From Candidatus Latescibacterota bacterium (GTDB lineage Bacteria; Latescibacterota; UBA2968; GCA-2709665), in assembly GCA_965208835.1 (NCBI GenBank), contig OZ242358.1, positions 1,696,001-1,760,000 of the forward strand: a DNA stretch of 64,000 nt, given 5' to 3'. Below the pieces are notes generated by a model. It searched no databases and had not been told where the DNA came from. It was given only the letters and a program-made list of their open reading frames with translations. Shown here one piece after another: positions 57,858 through 64,000 of this stretch. The translations under genes were made by a program, and so were the position numbers. Positions within the stretch are counted from its first letter, which is position 1. Every line of letters starts with the position of its first letter.

Positions 57858-59243
57858 ATGACAAATCCACACGACCAACAACTGGCGAAGCGGGTTCTGG
57901 AGGGCAGCGAGGCCGCCTTCGTGACTCTCATCCGACGCTACGAGCGCGTCCTGGCCGGGTTGATCCGTTCCCGTATCGGTTCCGGCGAACAGGTGCGGGA
58001 CGTGATGCAGGAAACCCTTGTCCACGCCTGGTGCGGCCTGCGACGGGCCACGCCGCGTGACGTGCGTCCGTGGTTGCTGCAGGTGGCCCGAAACCGCTGC
58101 CGCGATTACTTCAGGTCGCCCCAGCGCCGCGAACTGTACGTCGGGAGCGAAGTCCTGACGCCGCTGGTCAACCGCAGCGGGCTCGCGCAGTCACGGGAGC
58201 GGGAGGCCGCCATGGCTATCCTGGAAGCCATGGACGAGGTACCCGAACGCGAGAGGGCCGCGCTGCGCGCGTTCTACGTCGACGGTCTGAGCATCGCCGA
58301 AATCGCCGCCCGCCACCGCAGTCCCGACGGCACGGTCAAGCGGCGTCTCTCGTACGGCCGCGACCGGATCCGAAGAGCCATGGGAATCACCCCAACGAGG
58401 AGGAAGACCGACATGAAAGCAAGACAACAAGACTTTCCGCGACATCGCCCCGAGATTCGCATTCACCCCAGCGCGGAGAAATCCCTCCGTGTCGATTTCA
58501 CGGAAATGGCGTGGTGGTTTGTCGTGCCGGTGGTGGGTGACAGGACCGGATGGGGCATGTACGATCGTTTGGACGACCCTGACGAGTCGTGGTGCTTGAC
58601 TGAAACGGTATGGCTCACGGCCCATCGTCCTGCGGTGATCCACGGCCGATCATGCGTCGAGGTGGAGGTGGAGGAATTGACGGCCGAAAAGACGCGCCCA
58701 CAACGAAAGTACTGCATCACAAGGGTATGGGGCCACCTGGCCGACGACGAGGTAGAGTGGATCGCCGTGGAATCGACAAAGCCCGACGGCGTGAGTGAAC
58801 TGGAGACGTTTCTGGACGATAGATTCCACGACGACTGGTGGGGTTCACGGCGCGTCGTCGAGGACTGCAAATGCTTGTCCGAACGGGCCGATGGCACCTG
58901 GGTCAGACAGCCAGATACACCCGCCTTCACAGGCACGAGCGTGTTCGACGTCCACGTCGGCGGGCGTCAGTTCACCTGCTTGCGGGTCATTGACCTCGAT
59001 CAAAACGCCACTGAGCATGACAATTTGATAGAGGCCTATATCACCCCCGCCGGACGCACCGTGCTGTGCCGTCGTTACAACGGAAGCCGCTGGGGCAAGA
59101 AAGACGCCCCGCCGCACAACCAGGGCGAAGCGATGACATGGGAAGAGGAACTGCCGGAGAACGACCGCATCGTCATCGACGGGGTGACCTACGTGCACTG
59201 GTACGACAGGTTGTCTGCAGCGGCGTGCGGTATCGAGGATTGA
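57858..59243 (+). CDS. ECF-type RNA polymerase sigma factor with a 276-aa C-terminal extension
   Basis: Region 2 DVMQETLVHAW..VRPWLLQVARNRCRDYFR; region 4 GLSIAEIAAR..PDGTVKRRLSYGR. Confidence 0.92.
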   Translation: MTNPHDQQLAKRVLEGSEAAFVTLIRRYERVLAGLIRSRIGSGEQVRDVMQETLVHAWCGLRRATPRDVRPWLLQVARNRCRDYFRSPQRRELYVGSEVLTPLVNRSGLAQSREREAAMAILEAMDEVPERERAALRAFYVDGLSIAEIAARHRSPDGTVKRRLSYGRDRIRRAMGITPTRRKTDMKARQQDFPRHRPEIRIHPSAEKSLRVDFTEMAWWFVVPVVGDRTGWGMYDRLDDPDESWCLTETVWLTAHRPAVIHGRSCVEVEVEELTAEKTRPQRKYCITRVWGHLADDEVEWIAVESTKPDGVSELETFLDDRFHDDWWGSRRVVEDCKCLSERADGTWVRQPDTPAFTGTSVFDVHVGGRQFTCLRVIDLDQNATEHDNLIEAYITPAGRTVLCRRYNGSRWGKKDAPPHNQGEAMTWEEELPENDRIVIDGVTYVHWYDRLSAAACGIED

Positions 59244-59270
59244 CGGACACAGATCGTGCCTGACGACAGT

Positions 59271-59831
59271 CTATCGCACTCGGCGGTAGGTCATCGTATG
59301 AGACATGGTCTGCTTGCCACCCTCGTACATCGTCCAGGTCTGAGACATCTCGTCGGGGCCGTTGAAAGCGATCGAGACGGAATGCATGTGCGACTCGTCG
59401 GGCGAATCGAGAGAACCCTCGACCAGCTCTAGCGCGATCACCCCGTCGGTGGATTTTGCCAGGCTCATCTGCGGCTGATTGCCCTTCGCGCAATAGTGGG
59501 TCATCCACAGCCTGCCGCCGCGGTCGTGGTAGACGGAGATCATCTCCTTTGGCGTGTCCGGGAAGTTGCGCTCGACGATGACGCTGCCATTGGCCGCCAC
59601 CCGGTACTCCGTTGCAACCGTGGTCATCGCGCCCTTCCCGCCCCCGGGCATCGGCATCTCGGACTCCCAGCGCCCGACCAGCGTTTTCAGCCGCTCGAAT
59701 TCCGCCGAGCCGGCGTGTGCTCCAGCCTGCTTTTCTGCCTCTCCTTCCGGTTTACCCCCGTTTTCCCCTGCAAAAGCCGAAAAAGCGAAAATTGCAATAA
59801 GGACCGGCAGAACGAGTGTGGCTCTCTTCAT
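59271..59831 (-). CDS. Hypothetical secreted protein
   Basis: Signal peptide ending AFA; FERLKTLVGRW, EMISVYH, MTHYCAKGNQP. Confidence 0.75.
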   Translation of the reverse strand: MKRATLVLPVLIAIFAFSAFAGENGGKPEGEAEKQAGAHAGSAEFERLKTLVGRWESEMPMPGGGKGAMTTVATEYRVAANGSVIVERNFPDTPKEMISVYHDRGGRLWMTHYCAKGNQPQMSLAKSTDGVIALELVEGSLDSPDESHMHSVSIAFNGPDEMSQTWTMYEGGKQTMSHTMTYRRVR

Positions 59832-59938
59832 TATGGATTGCTCCTTTCGGCAGTGCAACAAAAACACAATTGAAATGAGGATATTGGCGACGGCAATTAC
59901 CTAACAAATCCCGGATTCGTCTCGAGTCCTTCCTCCTG

Positions 59939-60334
59939 TCAGACCGACTCGAGAAACGCAACGACTTCAGCCGCCTCCGCGCCTCCGTTCCTGGCGTGGA
60001 CGATCAGTGGAATCCCGTGGGGTCCCTCTACGTTAACGACCTCAGGATTGTCGGCGACGGCCGCGCGCACGATGTCGAGTTTGCCCAGCATCGCCGCGGC
60101 GAAAACATCGATCCGTGCGCCCCTGTCCAGCAGATACATTGCGATGTCCCTGCGTCCCACGTGCGCCGCCGCACCCAGGCCCGTCTCCCAGTCGCCGCCG
60201 CCCCAATCCCAGCACGCATTGACCAGGTTCGGTTCTTCGTCGAGCAGTTCTTTCACGCGGTCGAAGTCGCCGTGGGAACACGCGACGAAATCCCTGACGA
60301 AGTCCGATGCAATGGCTGGCTTATTCTCCGCCAT
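59939..60334 (-). CDS. Small ankyrin-like repeat protein
   Basis: HGDFDRVKELL, WETGLGAAAHVG...YLL.RGA, GPHGIPL. Confidence 0.8.
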   Translation of the reverse strand: MAENKPAIASDFVRDFVACSHGDFDRVKELLDEEPNLVNACWDWGGGDWETGLGAAAHVGRRDIAMYLLDRGARIDVFAAAMLGKLDIVRAAVADNPEVVNVEGPHGIPLIVHARNGGAEAAEVVAFLESV

Positions 60335-60534
60335 TGGTCAACTCCTTGTCCAAGGCGTTAATTCAGTACGTGTTCGCAGGCGGTACGGGATGACGTCCTG
60401 ATGCCGATTGATGTGTACCCGGGAAAATTTCGAGAGTTTTCGATTCCCGGTATTGGAGCGTGGAGGCGGGACGAGGGCGGGATCGGTTGATTCAGAACGC
60501 AAGATATTAATAATTAAAAAATTATGCGAAAAAC

Positions 60535-60609
60535 TGGTGACCCCGAGGGGAGTCGAACCCCCGTTGCCGGGTTGAAAACCCGGTGTCCTAACCACTGAAC
60601 GACGGGGTC
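60535..60609 (-). tRNA. tRNA-Glu (TTC)
   Basis: GACCCCG acceptor stem, anticodon arm CCGGG-TTTTCAA-CCCGG, GGTTCGACTCC T-arm, encoded CCA. Confidence 0.95.
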
Positions 60610-60627
60610 ACCTGAATCGAAGGACGG

Positions 60628-60656
60628 AATTTATAGAAATCCGATTTCGCTGTCAA
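60628..60656 (-). promoter_or_regulatory. tRNA-Glu promoter
   Basis: Minus strand TTGACA-17 nt-TAAATT. Confidence 0.7.
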
Positions 60657-60711
60657 GTCAATCGTTTCAAACGGGGGGGACCGGGAAGCCTCCCTTCAAA
60701 CCGGAATGCGC

Positions 60712-60740
60712 TTGACAGATCCGGTTGATTTTTGTTTATT
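60712..60740 (+). promoter_or_regulatory. tRNA-Val operon promoter
   Basis: TTGACA-17 nt-TTTATT. Confidence 0.55.
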
Positions 60741-60843
60741 CAAAGGGCTTAAATCCGTTATTTCATCCATAGTTGAAACAGCGATTTTTCGCGGCGCATC
60801 ATTGGGGAACACACGTTACGTGAACCGTCTGATTCCTTCAGGT

Positions 60844-60920
60844 GGGCGATTAGCTCAGATGGTTAGAGCGCTGGTTTCACATACCAGAGGTCACTGGTTC
60901 GAGTCCAGTATCGCCCACCA
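60844..60920 (+). tRNA. tRNA-Val (CAC)
   Basis: GGGCGAT acceptor stem, CTGGT-TTCACAT-ACCAG anticodon arm, GGTTCGAGTCC, CCA end. Confidence 0.95.
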
Positions 60921-61031
60921 CAATCCGAAAGGCGAGGTGACCTCGGCCTGTCCGCAGGTGGATTCGGAAGGCCGGCAAACGTCAGGGTGCATCCACTAAT
61001 CGGATGCGCCTTTCTTTTTTGGAGAACGTGT

Positions 61032-61745
61032 ATGAAGGATAGTCTGCTAAAACTTTTGAACCTGCAGCGCATCGATACAGAACTGGATAAACTGAAACAG
61101 GTACAGGCGGATTATCCCGAAGCCATTTCCGACCTGCGCGGTAAGCTTGAAACCGCTAAACAGGCAGTCGACGCCAAAAAGGAGCAGGCGTCCGACCTGG
61201 AAAAAACACGTCGCCAGTTGGAGGGTGAGCTCGAGACCATACAGGCGGACCTGAAAAAACACCAGGACCGCCTCTACGAAGTCAAGACAAACCGCGAATA
61301 CGACGCGCTGCAGATAGAGATCGAAGTCCTGAGGAACCGGGCCGACGAGAACGAGACCATTATCCTCGAGGGCATCGAGCAGCACGATGAACTGAATACA
61401 ATGCTGGAGGAAGAGGAACGCGCGTACAAGGCGCTGGAAGCCGATTATCGGGGTCAGATTCAAGATCTGCAGAACCGGCTGGACCTGGTTGACGGCGAGG
61501 CCAGCGGCTGGCGTGAAGAACGTTCGGTCGCCGAAGAACTGGTCGACAGACCCGTCCTGTCCAACTACGACCGCATCCGCCGCGTCGTAAAGGACGGTGT
61601 CGCCGTGGTGCCGATCGGAAAGGGGTCCTGCGGCGGATGTTTCAGGCAGCTGCCTCCCCAGCTGCGCGTGGAAGTCAGGCGTCAGGACCGGATCATCCGC
61701 TGCGAAAACTGCGGCCGGATCCTCGTGTGGAGGGAAGAAACCTGA
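61032..61745 (+). CDS. Coiled-coil C4 zinc-ribbon protein (DUF164/CdsZ-like)
   Basis: LL.LQ.ID, KTNREYDAL..EI, CGGCF, CENCGRIL. Confidence 0.92.
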   Translation: MKDSLLKLLNLQRIDTELDKLKQVQADYPEAISDLRGKLETAKQAVDAKKEQASDLEKTRRQLEGELETIQADLKKHQDRLYEVKTNREYDALQIEIEVLRNRADENETIILEGIEQHDELNTMLEEEERAYKALEADYRGQIQDLQNRLDLVDGEASGWREERSVAEELVDRPVLSNYDRIRRVVKDGVAVVPIGKGSCGGCFRQLPPQLRVEVRRQDRIIRCENCGRILVWREET

Positions 61746-61746
61746 C

Positions 61747-62169
61747 ATGGCCGGCAACGAGACAATAGACGTCTACGTCGACGGTGCTGCGAAGGGCAAT
61801 CCCGGCCCGGCGGGTATCGGCGTGCGGTTGGAGCTCGAAGGCGTGGTTCTGTCTGAACATTCGGAATACATCGGCAACGCCACCAACAACGTCGCGGAAT
61901 ACAAGGCGCTCATCTACGGATTGGAAATTGCCCGGAGGTATCGCGTAACACGCGTCAACGCCATATCGGACAGCGAATTGCTGGTCCGGCAGTTGAACGG
62001 CGAATACAAGGTAAAGAACGAGAACCTGATTCCGTTGTATCGCGATGCCCGTGAACTCGCCGGTACGTTTGAGGAATTCCGTATTCGGCATGTTTCGCGG
62101 ACGGAAAACCAGCACGCGGACCGCCTCGCGAATCAGGGCATAAAGGACGGTTCGAAACGAAAATCCTGA
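61747..62169 (+). CDS. rnhA: Ribonuclease HI family protein
   Basis: DGAAKGNPGPAG, TNNVAEY, SDSEL..RQ..G.YKVK, HV.R..N..AD.LAN. Confidence 0.93.
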   Translation: MAGNETIDVYVDGAAKGNPGPAGIGVRLELEGVVLSEHSEYIGNATNNVAEYKALIYGLEIARRYRVTRVNAISDSELLVRQLNGEYKVKNENLIPLYRDARELAGTFEEFRIRHVSRTENQHADRLANQGIKDGSKRKS

Positions 62170-62198
62170 GCCGCCTGCGGTTCAGGATCCACATTCAA

Positions 62199-62591
62199 GG
62201 CAAGCGGGCCGGATGGCCGCGCCCCTGCCAGTCCGCTGGTATGGGCGAGGAAAGTCCGAGCTCCACGGGGCAGGATGCTGGGTAACTCCCAGGCGGGGCA
62301 ACCCGAAGGAAAGTGCCACAGAAAACAGACCGCCAGCGGGCGAAACCACGGTTTCGTTGCGGGCAAGGGTGAAACGGCGGGGTAAGAGCCCACCGCGCTC
62401 CCGGAGACGGGAGCGGCACGGTAAACCCCATCCGGAGCAAGGCCAAATAGGAGCGGAGAGGCGGCCCGTCTCGCAATTACGCTCGGGTAGGCTGCGCAGA
62501 GGCGCCGGGCAACCGGCGTCCCAGATAAATGGCCATCCGTTCGGCGTGTATTGCGCCGGACGACAGAACTCGGCTTACAGGCCCGCTTGCC
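62199..62591 (+). ncRNA. rnpB: RNase P RNA (type A)
   Basis: GAGGAAAGTCCGAGCTCC, GAAAGTGCCACAGAAAA, GGGTGAAACGG.GGGTAAGAGCCCACC, GGTAAACCCC, ACAGAACTCGGCTTAC; P1 GGCAAGCGGGCC/GGCCCGCTTGCC. Confidence 0.97.
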
Positions 62592-62595
62592 TGAA

Positions 62596-62657
62596 TTACG
62601 AAGCTGTGTTAAAATCCCCGGTGCGAAGACCGCTGGGGAGTTTAATACAGCTTCTAA
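62596..62657. mobile_element. Short, internally deleted copy of the MITE at 4933-5101
   Basis: GAAGCTGTGTTAAAAT...GTGCGAAGACCGCTGGG...TTTAATACAGCTTC. Confidence 0.7.
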
Positions 62658-62679
62658 GAGTCCCGTCCAGGAGCGACGG

Positions 62680-63504
62680 TTGAGTTTTCTGGAGAAATAT
62701 CGCAGCGCCGCAGACTCCCGGAAGAGCCTGGTCTGCGTCGGCCTGGATCCCGACCCTGAGCGCCTTCCCGATCACCTCAGAGGCACGGCGGACCCGGTTT
62801 CGTCCTTTCTCAAGGAGGTCGTCGCGGCCACCCGCGACCTCGTCTGCGCCTACAAACCCAACTTTGCGTTTTTCGGCGCGATGGGTGCGGCCGGATGGCG
62901 GAGCCTGGAGGACGTTCTCAGCGCCATTCCCTCCGCAACGCCGGTTGTGCTCGACTTCAAAGCCAATGACATCGGAAACAGCGCCCGCCGTTACGCTCAG
63001 ATGGCGTATGAAGCGTTGGGCGTAGACGCGGTCACCGTGAACCCGCTCATGGGCTCCGACTCGGTGGCCCCTTTTCTGGAATACCCGGACGGCTGCGCAT
63101 TCCTGCTCTGCCTGACGTCCAACCCCGGCTCGGCGGACTTCCAGCGGCTTTCCACGCAGGACGGTCCACTCTATCAGCACGTTGCGAGGAAAGCGCTCGA
63201 GTGGGCCGGTACAGGTCCATGCGGCCTCGTGGTCGGCGCAACTCACGCTCGCGAGCTCGCCGCCGTACGGAGAATCGCGCCGGGACTTCCTTTCCTGGTC
63301 CCCGGCGTCGGCGCCCAGATGGGTGATCCCGGCGAGGTGGTCAGGTGCGGCTCGGACAGGAACGGCGAGGGCTTGCTTGTCAATGTTTCCAGGAGCGTAC
63401 TCTACGCCTCCTCCGACAGGGACTTCGCGGACGCCGCCCGGCGCGCCGCCGAATCGCTTCGCGCCGAACTGGAACGGGAACGGGCCGCGTCTTTGAGCCC
63501 ATAG
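62680..63504 (+). CDS. pyrF: Orotidine-5'-phosphate decarboxylase
   Basis: CVGLDPD, YKPN.AFF, LDFKANDIGNS, LTSNPGS, GLVVGAT, LVPGVGAQ, NVSRS. Confidence 0.95.
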   Translation: MSFLEKYRSAADSRKSLVCVGLDPDPERLPDHLRGTADPVSSFLKEVVAATRDLVCAYKPNFAFFGAMGAAGWRSLEDVLSAIPSATPVVLDFKANDIGNSARRYAQMAYEALGVDAVTVNPLMGSDSVAPFLEYPDGCAFLLCLTSNPGSADFQRLSTQDGPLYQHVARKALEWAGTGPCGLVVGATHARELAAVRRIAPGLPFLVPGVGAQMGDPGEVVRCGSDRNGEGLLVNVSRSVLYASSDRDFADAARRAAESLRAELERERAASLSP

Positions 63505-63538
63505 TACGAAAACGGCTTCGATTTCAGGAGACTACGTC

Positions 63539-64000
63539 ATGGAACCCCTGAAACTGACCGAGGAACAGAAACAGCAGTGGGCGATTGACGGGTATATTCT
63601 GCTCAAGGGGGTCCTCTCCGCCGAAGAGTCCGGAAACCTCAGACGTGAGGTGGACCGGCTGCACAGGAGATTTGTAATCAACAAGGCCGGCGCAGAACCG
63701 AAATCCGGCCTGGACCGAAGAAACATCCTGCCGGATGGCGACGCTTTCATCCATCTGATGGACCATCCCGCCGCATTTGACGTCATTCTGGAACTGATGG
63801 GCCCGTATATCCAGCTGAGTATGGCCGAAGCCGTTGTGCGTCCGCCCAACCCGGGTTATAAGGGCTTTATCCATACGGACGGCGGCCAGGCCCTGCGGCA
63901 CATCCGCGTGACCGAAACGAGCTGGCCGCTTCAGATCAAGATACAGTATTTTCTCACGGACGTCAGGAAGCCCGACCGCGGCAATTTCACCGTTTTCCCG
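63539..64000 (+). CDS. Phytanoyl-CoA dioxygenase (PhyH) family protein, partial
   Basis: Manual translation MEPLKLTEEQKQQWAIDGYILLKGVLS...LMDHP...IHTDGG...IKIQYFLTD...GNF; AGGAG SD; runs off the window. Confidence 0.88.
   Translation, partial: MEPLKLTEEQKQQWAIDGYILLKGVLSAEESGNLRREVDRLHRRFVINKAGAEPKSGLDRRNILPDGDAFIHLMDHPAAFDVILELMGPYIQLSMAEAVVRPPNPGYKGFIHTDGGQALRHIRVTETSWPLQIKIQYFLTDVRKPDRGNFTVFP

Noticed and set aside
61032-62591. Zinc-ribbon, RNase HI and rnpB linkage as a novel system
   Set aside because: This gene order is a known conserved arrangement in several phyla

Overview
High-GC bacterial chromosomal segment. It is probably from a diderm organism: it has an outer-membrane beta-barrel gene and is rich in Gfo/Idh/MocA, enolase-superfamily, PhyH and DUF3604-type genes, which is reminiscent of Latescibacterota/Gemmatimonadota-type genomes (taxonomy is inference only). 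It carries about 60 CDSs. DNA-repair genes include rarA, a polX with an altered catalytic triad, addBA, nth, a second HhH-GPD glycosylase and RNase HI. Other content: catabolic operons, a GT2-radical SAM/SPASM-GT2 operon, hicBA and vapBC toxin-antitoxin pairs, dksA, dusB, larB, pyrF, tRNA-Glu(TTC), tRNA-Val(CAC) and RNase P RNA. Several MITE/REP-like repeat families are present. No CRISPR array, integrase or transposase was seen. Most notable: (1) an ECF sigma factor with a long unknown C-terminal domain, which has its own internal RBS/ATG and a free-standing paralogue encoded directly upstream; (2) an unannotated 42-aa protein with a complete promoter, RBS and terminator; (3) a 17-aa PPP-containing leader peptide plus terminator in front of a sigma-region-4-only protein; (4) a 2.1-kb insert bounded by two nearly synonymous-only diverged copies of an aldolase gene 3' end.
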